A stretch of 64,000 nucleotides of DNA from a virus (Duplodnaviria; Caudoviricetes): IMG/VR virus record IMGVR_UViG_3300001594_000003, positions 32,001-96,000 of that record. The stretch is one strand, 5' to 3'. The position numbers were made by a program, and so were the translations under genes. Below are positions 47,354 through 58,209 of this stretch, one piece after another; position 1 is the stretch's first letter; each line of letters opens with the position of its first letter. Below the pieces are notes generated by a model. That model was given only the letters and a program-made list of their open reading frames with translations, was not told where the DNA came from and did no database searches.

Positions 47354-50300
47354 ATGTTTATTCCTGTAAGCATAAACACAGGCTTGACTACGGTTAGCTG
47401 CGTCGCTACAGCTACTGGTGATCTAACTGCTGACTGCGAGGTGCTGTACAAGTCAGCATCTTATCAGCCGAACGTTGCGATACCTGTTGTGAAAGGCGAT
47501 ACCATTCAGTTGCGGACTACTGTAACTGGACCTGCTCAGATCGTAGTTGAGTTGGGAGACAGAACTTACTACTGGCACGTCGATCTACCGAAGACCCTCC
47601 GCTACGTGGAGGACTTGGCATTTCAGCGCGTTACTGGTTCTGTGTACGGCAAGCTGTACTCTTTCCCGAGCAATACGCAGAAGACGTATGTTGAAACTGG
47701 TACGTTGACCAAGAACGAGGATATCCTTGCGTCTATTGACTACCAGAAGAAAGAAATCTGGCTGTTCGGCAGTCTCGGTGCCGTCAAGAAGATCACAACA
47801 CCGGAAAAACCTGTAGCCGTTGTGTTCTTGCCTCGTTGGTCTATCGATGAAGACGTTGCCACAAAACCGTACGTGGTTACTGAATCTAAGGTATACGCAC
47901 TTGCTGACGATATGTCGTTGGATGTAGCCGGTGGTGTTGTTATTGCCACAGGCCCGCTTGTAAACAGTGCGTGTGCTGATGCTTCTGGCATTGTATTCAT
48001 TACAGACACTTATGTTGGCCGGATCATACCCGGACAAGGCGCAACGCAGCTAACGAATACAGGAGGCAGCTCCGTTCAAGTCACATACGACAATAAGATC
48101 GTGGTTGGTCGTAATGACGGATTTATATCAATCTTCACTCAATCCGGTGCGTCGTACTCGGAAGAAATCATTTTCACCGAACGAGAGCTTCCAAATGGGT
48201 CCGTAATCGGCGTCAATAGCAAATACCTGCTCGATGTTAACCACGCAGAGCATGTGTTTGCCGTTGATATGGTTAATCGTAAAGTCATTTCCATCAAGCT
48301 GGATGACAAGACGGTCAATCAACTAAACCTAGACTTTGTTCCGAGCAGCATTGTCAGTGAAAAGGATTCGGTCTACGTCAGCTTCTTCAACCACACCAAG
48401 GCATTCAAATACGGCGTGGACTTAACCGGCTTGGAAGAAGTGGCGAGCGTTAAGACGCATGGCTCCAGCTTCCTTACGGAGTTTATGGCGACTGATTTGT
48501 ATGAAGATGCTGCTGACGTTACTAAAGCCGAAGACTCCACGGCCATTCGCTTCAACCAGCACGATATTGGCGTAGACGAAACCTCACTGACCGCAACTTG
48601 GACAGTACCGTGGACTCGCCCTCAGTATATACGCTTGGTGACGCCGGGTGCTACTGCAACACTGGACGATCAACCGTTTACGGAAGGTTATGTAGTATCG
48701 CCGAGCCAACTCGTCGTATCTATGTCAAACGACGGTGAGTATTACGCAGAGTCCCAAGTCGATTTGATGGGATACCGTCCAGTATCGATTCATTTCCGCA
48801 CTGAGCCGAAGCTGTTCCCGAACAGTGTCACGCTGGACACTGTTTACGAAGCGTTTATTCGCAGGCAGTACGATGATATCTTCCAAGTGGAAGGTATGAC
48901 TGACGGCTTCTCTGTTCAGGTTGGAACTGATTCTGGAGATATGGAGTTCAGTATCAACGACGCTCCGTATGCGAAGACTGGTACGATCAAGAATGGTGAC
49001 GTGGTTGAAGTGCGTGCTGTAATCAAGAACATGATTACCAAGCGCAATCAGCACGATATCATGACCGAGTTCGGTATGCCTGTCAGTCTGTGGACAATCC
49101 TTGTCATGCAGCTTAACGGTGCATCGTTCCGTCCTGATACAACTCTGGAAAAGCACAAGTTTGACGTGGTGCGTCAGGAAGAAAGCGCTACCGAAGAACA
49201 CACGGTTGAGCCTCAGATAAGCATCGCAGCTCCTCAGATGCTATCGACTGATACCTATGCTCCGTTGGTAAGTGCCAGCTATATGTGCGAAGGCGACGTT
49301 GAGTGCAACCATTGGGACTCGAACGTTGTTATGCAGGGTTCTCTTGTGCAGTCTCTTAGCGGCACGACTCGCATACTTGAACAGAGTACCTCAAGCTCAG
49401 TGGCAGGCACGACTCGTAGTGTCGAACACGGTTACGAGGCAGTTATTGCCTATTCCGACAGCAGCTATGACTCACCGTTGCTCCGTATGGAAGCCGCCTT
49501 AAGAGAAGGTGAAAAGTCGTTCTTCTACGATGCCGATTACTCGGTTAGCGTTTCGCTTGCGGTGTCTGAATATGCTTCCTATACGGAGCGCCGTGCTGGA
49601 GTAAGTGTATCCGTTCAGGACAACGTGTTCTATCTGACTCGGGACACCTCGAAGTACACATTGGATGCAGAAACGTTCCGTTACGTCAGTATGTCGTCCA
49701 TTGCTTATCAGTACGACTACCTACGCGAACATGCGGCACACACTATCGGCATTGACGCTGAATATGTGCGGCGCTTGTCGGCTTCTTTGGAGTTTGCAGC
49801 AACTGTCGATCGGTTCTACTCGAATCCGACTGTGGACCTGAACGCTGTATATGAAAAGACCTTGCTTCCTACACAGGTCGAGCATGTATCAGATTACGAA
49901 GCTCAGGTGCGTTCTCGCCAGTTCGCTACGGAGTCACCAACACAGTTGCTTGCCAACATTACCTACGCAGATCACAGTGCAGAAGGTCGTGTTCTATACG
50001 GACCTACGTATGGTGAGTTCGGTTCTGGTGTGGATGTAAATGGCCAGCAAAGCTATGTGGACTTCACTGCCACGGGTATTACCAACAGCAGCAACGAAAC
50101 ATTTGCTTCCAACGTTGTGATGTTCTCGCAACATGAGAGCATTTTGGTTCCGATGCCTGTTCGCGAGTGGGTTGTCGATACTCATCAGGAGCTTAGCCTT
50201 GAAGCAGATCAGAGTGGTTTCTTTGACACACTGGAAGACGCTCAAGCCTATGCTGCTACTCTAAACCTAGAGCTGAACACGCCTGCCCAATTCAAGCAGT

Positions 50301-50413
50301 ACGGTGACAAGTGGATTCTAGTTTCGGCACCTGTTGCAGACAATGCAGCGTGTTTCCCAACAACAGCGCCGCCTAGTTCGCAACGCAGGTTCGGCTACGC
50401 AGGAGGTGGTTAA
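47354..50413 (+). CDS. cassette protein B2
   Basis: Start MFIPVS with GGAG SD; paralog of B1. Confidence 0.75.
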   Translation: MFIPVSINTGLTTVSCVATATGDLTADCEVLYKSASYQPNVAIPVVKGDTIQLRTTVTGPAQIVVELGDRTYYWHVDLPKTLRYVEDLAFQRVTGSVYGKLYSFPSNTQKTYVETGTLTKNEDILASIDYQKKEIWLFGSLGAVKKITTPEKPVAVVFLPRWSIDEDVATKPYVVTESKVYALADDMSLDVAGGVVIATGPLVNSACADASGIVFITDTYVGRIIPGQGATQLTNTGGSSVQVTYDNKIVVGRNDGFISIFTQSGASYSEEIIFTERELPNGSVIGVNSKYLLDVNHAEHVFAVDMVNRKVISIKLDDKTVNQLNLDFVPSSIVSEKDSVYVSFFNHTKAFKYGVDLTGLEEVASVKTHGSSFLTEFMATDLYEDAADVTKAEDSTAIRFNQHDIGVDETSLTATWTVPWTRPQYIRLVTPGATATLDDQPFTEGYVVSPSQLVVSMSNDGEYYAESQVDLMGYRPVSIHFRTEPKLFPNSVTLDTVYEAFIRRQYDDIFQVEGMTDGFSVQVGTDSGDMEFSINDAPYAKTGTIKNGDVVEVRAVIKNMITKRNQHDIMTEFGMPVSLWTILVMQLNGASFRPDTTLEKHKFDVVRQEESATEEHTVEPQISIAAPQMLSTDTYAPLVSASYMCEGDVECNHWDSNVVMQGSLVQSLSGTTRILEQSTSSSVAGTTRSVEHGYEAVIAYSDSSYDSPLLRMEAALREGEKSFFYDADYSVSVSLAVSEYASYTERRAGVSVSVQDNVFYLTRDTSKYTLDAETFRYVSMSSIAYQYDYLREHAAHTIGIDAEYVRRLSASLEFAATVDRFYSNPTVDLNAVYEKTLLPTQVEHVSDYEAQVRSRQFATESPTQLLANITYADHSAEGRVLYGPTYGEFGSGVDVNGQQSYVDFTATGITNSSNETFASNVVMFSQHESILVPMPVREWVVDTHQELSLEADQSGFFDTLEDAQAYAATLNLELNTPAQFKQYGDKWILVSAPVADNAACFPTTAPPSSQRRFGYAGGG

Positions 50414-50943
50414 TGATCACGTCACCAGTATTCCGTCACGCCAAACCGGGCGCGGCGGAGTTGTTCTCGCTCGTCGGCGGAGCTACGGTTGATTTCACGG
50501 AGCAGGTCTTCACAGACTCAATCGAGATGGAGGAAACCAACTATGCCCTGTTCGACGTGATCCGAAGTGATGGCGTTACTCTGAATCGAGAGCAGGGTTT
50601 GTTTCCTGACTATTGGTTTGAGAACGGATCGCTACGTACTAAGGAACCCGGCACGTATACACTGCGCGTCTATTCCTCGATCATGCCGTTTGAGCAATGG
50701 GTTATAAACCTCGGTAAGAAGATGGTGCCTTCCGACGGTTCGTTGTTCAAGGTCGGTGTTCCGTTTTGGCCGCAGATTCTTTCGCAGCCTGAGCACGGCA
50801 TCGCCCGTGTCTCAAATGACGGGCGCCACATCGCGTATGTATCTCGTGGCTTCATCGGACAAGTAGCTTTCAGTTATCGTCTGGTGAATGCGTTTGGGCA
50901 AGTCAGTGAGCCTGCTTGTGTAAACATCACAACTACACGATGA
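50413..50943 (+). CDS. cassette protein C2
   Basis: TAATG coupling; paralog of C1. Confidence 0.8.
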   Translation: MITSPVFRHAKPGAAELFSLVGGATVDFTEQVFTDSIEMEETNYALFDVIRSDGVTLNREQGLFPDYWFENGSLRTKEPGTYTLRVYSSIMPFEQWVINLGKKMVPSDGSLFKVGVPFWPQILSQPEHGIARVSNDGRHIAYVSRGFIGQVAFSYRLVNAFGQVSEPACVNITTTR

Positions 50944-50944
50944 A

Positions 50945-50988
50945 GAAAGGGGTCGGAGAGCATAACAGCCTTCGGCCCTTTTCCTTTT
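50945..50988 (+). terminator. intrinsic terminator
   Basis: gaaaggggtcgga...ttcggcccttttc plus T-tract. Confidence 0.75.
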
Positions 50989-51001
50989 GCACTCCGTCGA
51001 A

Positions 51002-51008
51002 TAATTTA
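51002..51008 (+). promoter_or_regulatory. putative late promoter TAATTTA
   Basis: Directly after terminator; ATG 28 nt after motif end. Confidence 0.7.
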
Positions 51009-51035
51009 AGCGTATCACTTATGTAGGATACACTC

Positions 51036-53027
51036 ATGTTAGGGCTAATCAGAAAATTCGCACAGTGGCCTTATCCCCTGCAGCGACCTAGCGGCTTGCT
51101 CCAGCTCTTTACCGATCAAAGTTCTGGTGATGATATAGGTGCCGTAGTAAGTAACGGTCAGATTGAGACCATTAAAACGAACGTTGCCAAGTACCTTCGC
51201 AGGTCCTTTCGATATACGAATCAGGAAAGTGGAGAGATACTGGTAAAATTTAAAGCCAGAGTGTCTAATTCTGGTTTGAACAGTCAGATTCGAGTTGGTT
51301 TAGTCTCGCAACCGTATGAGGCAGGCAGCATAGCAATTCAGTACGATGCACCTCACGTCGGTATTTACATAAGCCCTTTAGCTATTTACCTGAACAACGT
51401 AGGCAGCACTAAACAAACGCATATTCCGTACGAAGCTGGGACAGAAATCGAAGTTCAGCTTGAGTACAATTTTGACCAGAATATCACTGTCCTTACCGTA
51501 AACGGGCAGAGTATGCGAATGGAAGGAGAGATACCTCTCCCTCAGACACAACTGCAACATTTAGGCATTCGCACGTATGCTGATGTTGAAATCAAAGAAC
51601 TGCGCGTTTACCTACGACGTGCTAGTTTGGTCCCTATGGGTTATCCTTGGTTGCAGAATTTGTTTTGGGATAATACCTCTTATGAAGAAGTGAATGGTAT
51701 TACAAACGCGCTTGCTTCGGGTAACTACATACAAGACAACAAGTTAATCGGTTCTCAGTCAACAGCACAAGCACTCGCTCAGCCGTTTACCCCGGACCCT
51801 GACGAAGATTTTACGATACAGCTAAGGTTTCATGTTGGTGACATATCAAACCTACGCGATATTCTTTGTGTTGCATTATCTACAATAGCTACAACATCAT
51901 GGCGTATAACGATGTTGGTTGGAGGTAAGATCGAGTTTGCTTTTGTGGTTGCAGGTGCAAGTGTTGAAACCAAGATAGAAACGACTACTGCGATCAAAAC
52001 AAACACAGAATATCAGATTGCTATTGTGCGTCGTACTGGCGTTATATCCATTTTGCTAGATGGTCAAGTAGAAGCTAGTACATTCTCGCAAGCTGGATTC
52101 AATAGAGTTAACGCTAGCGTATCAACTAAACGTTCCAACGTTGCTGGTATATTCGGAGCTCGTTGGGATCTTCGTATTGCTAAAAAGGCTCTTAGTGCGT
52201 CAGAGCTTGCGAAGAAACCAGAGAATTTTCTCCGACCGTTCTATTCAGATTTAGAAATCCCATTCATCAATTCACAAATCGTGGTTCGAGATGCCGAGGC
52301 TCGTAATGAAGTTGGTTCTACGATTCAAGGTACTTACACTCTGGGTGCAGGTAGTATCTATCAAGCAATCAACACGTCTGACGGGCAACGACTACAATGG
52401 GATGCACCTGCTTTCGGCGCTGGCGATTTCACTGTAGAGGTAGAGTTTTTACGCAATTCCCTGGGAAGCGCAGAAGCGCAGTTGATTGGTGATTGGTACA
52501 TCACCGGAACCTCTCAATACAACATCCAATACTTCAGGGGTTGGCAATTAACTTGCTCTAATAGTGTTATCTGGTTTTATCCATCTCCAAACTACGCAAG
52601 CGATCCTAGGGCGATTGTCGCTAGTGGACTCTCAATATCGGATGGGCTATGGCATCGTATTGTAGTTGAGCGCGTTCAGGGTATTATACGGATATACCTT
52701 AATAGCGCTAAGGTCGCTGAAGTCGCAGACGCGAAACCCATAGTTAGGACGAATAGCGGAAAACTTAACGTTCAAAACTTCAACTTAAACAACCAAAGTT
52801 GGGTTGCAGCTTCTCGTCTACAGTTGCGTAGTATACGTGTTGCAGATAAAGCTATGTATGGTGGTGATCTGACGAAAGTTGAAAACTTCTATCCGCGTAT
52901 ACCTGGAGACTATTCAGCTAGATGTACAGGTATTTCCGCTCAAGTTTTGGTTCCTGATGACACTGTGATACCATCAACACAGCACAACGTCACAGGCATT
53001 TCCGCTCAGATTTTGGTGAGAGTATGA
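51036..53027 (+). CDS. LamG/concanavalin-A-like multidomain fibre protein
   Basis: DFT(I/V)E, WH.IVVER..G.I.IY.N repeats. Confidence 0.75.
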   Translation: MLGLIRKFAQWPYPLQRPSGLLQLFTDQSSGDDIGAVVSNGQIETIKTNVAKYLRRSFRYTNQESGEILVKFKARVSNSGLNSQIRVGLVSQPYEAGSIAIQYDAPHVGIYISPLAIYLNNVGSTKQTHIPYEAGTEIEVQLEYNFDQNITVLTVNGQSMRMEGEIPLPQTQLQHLGIRTYADVEIKELRVYLRRASLVPMGYPWLQNLFWDNTSYEEVNGITNALASGNYIQDNKLIGSQSTAQALAQPFTPDPDEDFTIQLRFHVGDISNLRDILCVALSTIATTSWRITMLVGGKIEFAFVVAGASVETKIETTTAIKTNTEYQIAIVRRTGVISILLDGQVEASTFSQAGFNRVNASVSTKRSNVAGIFGARWDLRIAKKALSASELAKKPENFLRPFYSDLEIPFINSQIVVRDAEARNEVGSTIQGTYTLGAGSIYQAINTSDGQRLQWDAPAFGAGDFTVEVEFLRNSLGSAEAQLIGDWYITGTSQYNIQYFRGWQLTCSNSVIWFYPSPNYASDPRAIVASGLSISDGLWHRIVVERVQGIIRIYLNSAKVAEVADAKPIVRTNSGKLNVQNFNLNNQSWVAASRLQLRSIRVADKAMYGGDLTKVENFYPRIPGDYSARCTGISAQVLVPDDTVIPSTQHNVTGISAQILVRV

Positions 53028-54166
53028 CAATACATTTATTCGAAGGTTTCTTCGGTCCTGATTATCGGCCGCAAGCACCTACTTTGTTTCCAACCGCCAA
53101 CCCAACAGGTCAACTGTTTAACGTAACAGAGGACGGGTGGACGTTTGCGTACACGACCTACTATTCAAACGCGACCGGATATAGTGGTGCGTATATAGGA
53201 ACTCAACAAGGTGTTCCTAAAGGGAATAAACTCGTATTTGGGTTGAGATTTAAGAATCTCATCAACCAACTACACCATATAACCATGATGTTCCTTGAAG
53301 TGCCTCAGGTTTCAATTTCTTACAGTTCATCAAGTAGTATAGGCCTGTCTGCACGGTCTCCGTTGCCTGCATTTTGGATGAAAAGTACCACACCGAGCGG
53401 AGCGAACGCAGGATTAACCTCAGCTGGGCTACGGGCACCTAACACCAACGTAGGCACAACTGGGGCAAATCCGACCTCGATTGTGTCTTGGAACCTTGAA
53501 GGGTACGACACTAGAACAAATGAATATTGCGTAGAAGTTGAGTATGACTTCCAAAACAATATGATCAATATATGGATCGATGGTTTTAAAATTCAAGAGT
53601 ATGCGTATGTGTTTACGGAAGCTCAGAAGGCTATTCAGGTTCTATACCCTGTAGTTGAGAGCCACACACGCCATCCTCAATCCGGCAACTCCGCTGGTAA
53701 CTCATCCTACACTTTGAAGCATGTACACTTCGCCGACGAGGTTCTGGGTAACGTTCAAGCGAAACGTCTTGCTCCAACCGCAGACTTCAACGTTGATTCT
53801 GTGTACAACACTCCTGCATTTTCCAAATTCAATACGTACAACGCTGGCGTAACGACAACCAAAACAGGGAAGATGGTGTTGGATGTAGCTGACGTTACAG
53901 ATGAGACAATACTTGCGTTCAATTTGATTGGCACATTCTCCAAGTCGCACGTTTCGGCCTACGAAACAATTTCAACTGAAAAGCTACTCATTTCTGACGG
54001 CACGACAGAAAACGCAGGTCCAGCCAACGCTGTTGAAAATAGCTCGCGGGATTTCAGGATGTTGGAGAAGAATCCTATAACTGGATCGAACTGGACGCAA
54101 AGTCAGATCAATCAACTAAAAATAGGCGTTGACTTGACTATAACAGACAAGTTCCCAAGAAGCTAG
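53024..54166 (+). CDS. partner of LamG fibre protein
   Basis: IHLFEGF start, KNP.TG..WT...IN.L end; paralog of 57005. Confidence 0.7.
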   Translation: MTIHLFEGFFGPDYRPQAPTLFPTANPTGQLFNVTEDGWTFAYTTYYSNATGYSGAYIGTQQGVPKGNKLVFGLRFKNLINQLHHITMMFLEVPQVSISYSSSSSIGLSARSPLPAFWMKSTTPSGANAGLTSAGLRAPNTNVGTTGANPTSIVSWNLEGYDTRTNEYCVEVEYDFQNNMINIWIDGFKIQEYAYVFTEAQKAIQVLYPVVESHTRHPQSGNSAGNSSYTLKHVHFADEVLGNVQAKRLAPTADFNVDSVYNTPAFSKFNTYNAGVTTTKTGKMVLDVADVTDETILAFNLIGTFSKSHVSAYETISTEKLLISDGTTENAGPANAVENSSRDFRMLEKNPITGSNWTQSQINQLKIGVDLTITDKFPRS

Positions 54167-54176
54167 GTAACTGATA

Positions 54177-57008
54177 ATGTTAGGGCTAATCAGAAAGTTT
54201 GCACAGTGGCCTTGGCCATTGTTGCGTCGCACAGAAGAGGAAGTATCCGATACCTGGGTACAATTCCGATTTCAAGACAACGAAGCTATCAATGAAGTAA
54301 CCGAAGTGCCTGCTTTAATGTACGGCACTGCGACTGTCACGGAAGGGAAGCTGGTAACAAATCCACCGTCTACATCAAACTACATGGCGGCACCGAACGT
54401 AATCTTCGAGGCAAACGAAGATTTCAGCATTAGCTTGAACGTGAACATGCCCTTCACGGAGACACGACCTTATAATTGCATTGTCGGTGTGTATGATTCC
54501 TTCTCCTCCGGCAAATATGCGTGGGTCTTAGGTCGCCGAGGTAATGAAAGCCCATCTAAAAAATTGGCATTCAATTTTAACGATAACGGAAACTTGCGTG
54601 TACTGAACGGCATATCCGATATTAAACCTAATCTTGATTATCACGTTGAGATATCGCGCGTTTCAAACGTAGTCTATATGTTTGTTAATGGCAACCTAGA
54701 AAGCTCAATGGTTATATCAGGTGGGAACCCGAAAATAGCACTTCCGAGATTACGTACAGACGTTGTACATTCTGAGGGCCAAACTACCACCAGCACGCAT
54801 GTTGGCGGTGGCTATAAGTGGAGCATTCAGATAAAGAAAGGCCAAGGCGGACATACTGAGAATTTTACTCCTAGTGAGCTTGATCCGTACGTGCGTGCTA
54901 CATACTCTAAGTCACTTGCGGATAAAGTAGCAGCGCAGTACGGATTCCGTCGCAACTCTCTCGCAGATGAAGCTGGTAATGGTACAGGCGTTCTGTATGG
55001 TACAGCATCTGTATCTGAAGGCCGCATTAAGCAGACGGCAGTAACGACCTCGTACTTCCAGTTGCCTATCCGTAAATTTGGACAAGGTGACTTCACTATA
55101 GAGCTTATGGCAAAAGTATCTTCCGTTAACTCAAGCTATGGTGCAGCTATACTTGGTCATTGGAAGGCAGGAGCTGCTGCGAGTGATGAGAATAGATGGT
55201 GCATCCATATCGGTGCGCAAGGTCAAATCTCTTGGAATCAGGCTCGATCCGCCAACGCAGACGATAGGCACTACTTCATTTCACCTAGTGGTAAGTTTAA
55301 GTTCAACACAGACCAACACATAGTGGTTGAGAAGATTGGACAAACAGTTTCTATATACGTTGATGGAGAACTGGCTGCTAGTCAGGTCGGCTTCGATTTT
55401 CCTATCCGAGGAGAAGCGCCTCATTATGCGCGTAGCTTGAGTAGTCAGAATACCTATACAATGGCGGGCGAAGTATGGAACATTCGCATCGTCGATCAAG
55501 CTGTTTACGGCGGAACTGTCGTTCAGAAACCAACGTTCCCGCAGTTCCCGAAAGAAACTGTGTGGCCTTGGTTACAAATGACCAAAGACGGTAGATATGG
55601 TTACGATGAAGTCTCTGGTCATGACTGGTACACTACCAATAGTGCTACTGTGCAAAACGGCACAATCACTACAATAGCGTCCGCGTCAAGTAAAGCAGAA
55701 ACGTCATCGGTAACGTTCGACGAGAACGAAGACTTCACGATTGAATCGAAGTGGAAAGCATCTACCATACACTCAACGAATGGTGCCGCCATTCTATGTG
55801 TATGGAATACTGCAGGGCAAGGCGACAACTCATGGTGTTTGGTGCTGAATCCAAATCAAACGCTCAGTTTCGGTTTTTCCTCGGATGGTACAACGTACAC
55901 TGTCTTGGATGGGACGATAGTCGCTGCGTTGAACCAAGAGCACCATGTAGCTGTAGTGCGAAAGAATGGCGTCATTAGGATGTTTGTTGACGGCCAACCA
56001 GAAGCCGCTACGATTGTTTCTAATCTTGCATCGTTCAAATCGAGTCGTCCGCTATCTACGACGTGGAACGCTTCTACGTACATGGCAGCGGATCGTTGGG
56101 ATATTCGTATTATCAAGGGAGAAGCAAAATATACGGTCGCGTTCACGCCAGTCACGCTTACAGCTTTCCGTCGCCCATTGTATGAATCTGCTATTGAATC
56201 TGCCATAGCATCACAGTATGTTTTCCGTGAAAACGTAAACCATAACGAGATAACAGGCGAAGTAGCTAGCCTTTCAGGTACTGCGGCTGTAATGCGTGGT
56301 CGTATCAAGACTACAAATGACAACACGTCTCAGTATAGCCTGCCTACGAAATACTTCGGAGCGGGTGATTTCACCATTGAGTTTATGTTTAAGCTGCTTG
56401 CATCGCGCAGCGCAACGATGCAAATTCTCGGTCAAGCCTACTCCGGTAATCAGGTACACCAAGACAACAGTTGGAACATTTACTACAAAGACAATTCGCT
56501 TACAGTTGATATCTGGCCGGGTCTGACCTTAACTCGTCACGTTATTAGTTGCGGACCGTTGCCGCTTAACGTAGACTCGCACATAGTTGTAGAACGTGTT
56601 GAAGGTATAGTCACGGTATACGTAAACGGTAAAAGTGTCGGCACACTCAATCTGACAACGCCGCTGGTTGAGCCGGCTACAAACACGATGACGTCCAACA
56701 ACAAAATATCTGGCGCCAACAACCTATACGGCGAGCGTGAGATATGGAACATTCGGACGGCGTCTAGGGCACTCTATCGCGGAAATGTCAAAACAAAATC
56801 TACGTTTCCGCGTCCGGCAAATGGCTTCTCGGTACAAGCCCAGACTGTCAGCGTTCAATCGCTGGAAAGTAGCAGCTTCAATACGGAGCTAACGGACCAC
56901 ACCGTACAAACAGTCAGCGTACAATCCCTTGAGTCAGTACCAGTTAATACTGAGCTGACCGACCATTCGATTAACACCGTAGTAATCCAAGCATTGGTGA
57001 AAATATGA
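54177..57008 (+). CDS. LamG/concanavalin-A-like protein, four domains
   Basis: Four DF(S/T)I units; N-terminus MLGLIRKFAQWP identical to 51036. Confidence 0.8.
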   Translation: MLGLIRKFAQWPWPLLRRTEEEVSDTWVQFRFQDNEAINEVTEVPALMYGTATVTEGKLVTNPPSTSNYMAAPNVIFEANEDFSISLNVNMPFTETRPYNCIVGVYDSFSSGKYAWVLGRRGNESPSKKLAFNFNDNGNLRVLNGISDIKPNLDYHVEISRVSNVVYMFVNGNLESSMVISGGNPKIALPRLRTDVVHSEGQTTTSTHVGGGYKWSIQIKKGQGGHTENFTPSELDPYVRATYSKSLADKVAAQYGFRRNSLADEAGNGTGVLYGTASVSEGRIKQTAVTTSYFQLPIRKFGQGDFTIELMAKVSSVNSSYGAAILGHWKAGAAASDENRWCIHIGAQGQISWNQARSANADDRHYFISPSGKFKFNTDQHIVVEKIGQTVSIYVDGELAASQVGFDFPIRGEAPHYARSLSSQNTYTMAGEVWNIRIVDQAVYGGTVVQKPTFPQFPKETVWPWLQMTKDGRYGYDEVSGHDWYTTNSATVQNGTITTIASASSKAETSSVTFDENEDFTIESKWKASTIHSTNGAAILCVWNTAGQGDNSWCLVLNPNQTLSFGFSSDGTTYTVLDGTIVAALNQEHHVAVVRKNGVIRMFVDGQPEAATIVSNLASFKSSRPLSTTWNASTYMAADRWDIRIIKGEAKYTVAFTPVTLTAFRRPLYESAIESAIASQYVFRENVNHNEITGEVASLSGTAAVMRGRIKTTNDNTSQYSLPTKYFGAGDFTIEFMFKLLASRSATMQILGQAYSGNQVHQDNSWNIYYKDNSLTVDIWPGLTLTRHVISCGPLPLNVDSHIVVERVEGIVTVYVNGKSVGTLNLTTPLVEPATNTMTSNNKISGANNLYGEREIWNIRTASRALYRGNVKTKSTFPRPANGFSVQAQTVSVQSLESSSFNTELTDHTVQTVSVQSLESVPVNTELTDHSINTVVIQALVKI
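56841..56966 (+). repeat. 66-nt-period tandem repeat (QTVSVQSLES...NTELTDH)
   Basis: Two visible copies; same 66-nt period as TGISAQ repeats at 52926/52992. Confidence 0.85.
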
Positions 57009-58177
57009 TCCATTTACTAGATGGTTTCAACTGGCCGGTTAACGCAACTACAGCGAATGCCACTCTGGATAATCATCAAAATCAACCCACTTCGTTTTTT
57101 CAGTTCCCACCAAATCCGTACGTGCACCCAGAAAACGGCAAAGGGCTTTTTGGTGCACGAGAAAACACAGGCACCGCACTTATACACGGCCTAAGAATAG
57201 TTGCACGACCTGCGCTAACGTTCACAAACGGGAAACTCGTTGTTGGAGGTTCCTTCTATGCCAACAATATAAACACGGACGGTAACAGGAATTTTTTTGG
57301 CTTGCTTCTCTGCTATACGAACGACGGTTATATAGGTACCACTCAGGTACGCAGCAGTGCTGGTTCTTCAGATATGGCACCGCCAGTGACGCGATTGCCT
57401 TCCTTGCTACTTAAGGGAAGTATGTTGATGTTGCGCAAGTACGCATCAAGCTCTTCCAGTACGAGCGCATCTACCTACGTAGCAAGCCGTGATCTTACAG
57501 GGGTCACCTCTATGGGTAAGCATTGGTTTGAGGTTGTGTACGATTTCAATGCCAACACCGTAGAAGTCTTCATAGATAACGTATCCGTGTTGTTGCATCC
57601 GTACACGTTTACTGAGGAGGAGAAAACTGCTTCGTATCGTCTTCAAGTACACATGCAGGTCTGCTCATCGCTTCCTGAACTGTACGTGACTGCGGTGTAC
57701 GCAGCAGATGAACGATTTGGTCCGTGCAAGGTAGTAGCCAAATATGCAAACGCTGACGTGTCCGTTCCACCTGCATTCGGAGAAGGGCCGCATTTTCAAA
57801 AACTCAACGGCAGTTTCATATCTACCGACACCAACAAGTTGGTCACTAAGCAGGATGCCTCAGCTGAGTTTGGATTGACTCCTAGTGAAATAACGGGTGA
57901 CGTGAAGGGTGTAGTCGTGTTGGGTCGCTTGTCTTCAACTAACCGATCTGCGTATGAAACTGGGGCCGACGTACAATACGGCCTCAAATTGCCTCAAGGA
58001 ACATGGGCATCCAATAAAATACCGGTGCCGACACCGGTTGAAGCAACAGAGCGAATTGAAGCCGTAATGCTGGACAAGAATCCCCTAACTGGCACTGCGT
58101 TCACGAAAGACGAAATCAACTCGCTAGGTCTGACCCTAACGTTCGACGTGACCAACAAGTTTACCGTAGCTGAATAA
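57005..58177 (+). CDS. partner of LamG fibre protein
   Basis: IHLLDGF start, KNP.TG..FT...IN.L end. Confidence 0.7.
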   Translation: MIHLLDGFNWPVNATTANATLDNHQNQPTSFFQFPPNPYVHPENGKGLFGARENTGTALIHGLRIVARPALTFTNGKLVVGGSFYANNINTDGNRNFFGLLLCYTNDGYIGTTQVRSSAGSSDMAPPVTRLPSLLLKGSMLMLRKYASSSSSTSASTYVASRDLTGVTSMGKHWFEVVYDFNANTVEVFIDNVSVLLHPYTFTEEEKTASYRLQVHMQVCSSLPELYVTAVYAADERFGPCKVVAKYANADVSVPPAFGEGPHFQKLNGSFISTDTNKLVTKQDASAEFGLTPSEITGDVKGVVVLGRLSSTNRSAYETGADVQYGLKLPQGTWASNKIPVPTPVEATERIEAVMLDKNPLTGTAFTKDEINSLGLTLTFDVTNKFTVAE

Positions 58178-58182
58178 CCGAG

Positions 58183-58204
58183 TAATTTAATCACAAGGAT
58201 GTGA
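58183..58204 (+). promoter_or_regulatory. TAATTTA promoter followed by CsrA/RsmA-consensus hairpin TCACAAGGATGTGA
   Basis: ACAAGGAUGU matches the core of CsrA consensus RUACARGGAUGU; doubles as SD of uORF. Confidence 0.65.
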
Positions 58205-58209
58205 ATAAA

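Noticed and set aside
51036-58177. Invertible (shufflon-like) tail-fibre switch
   Set aside because: The repeats are direct, all genes are on one strand, and no invertase is visible.
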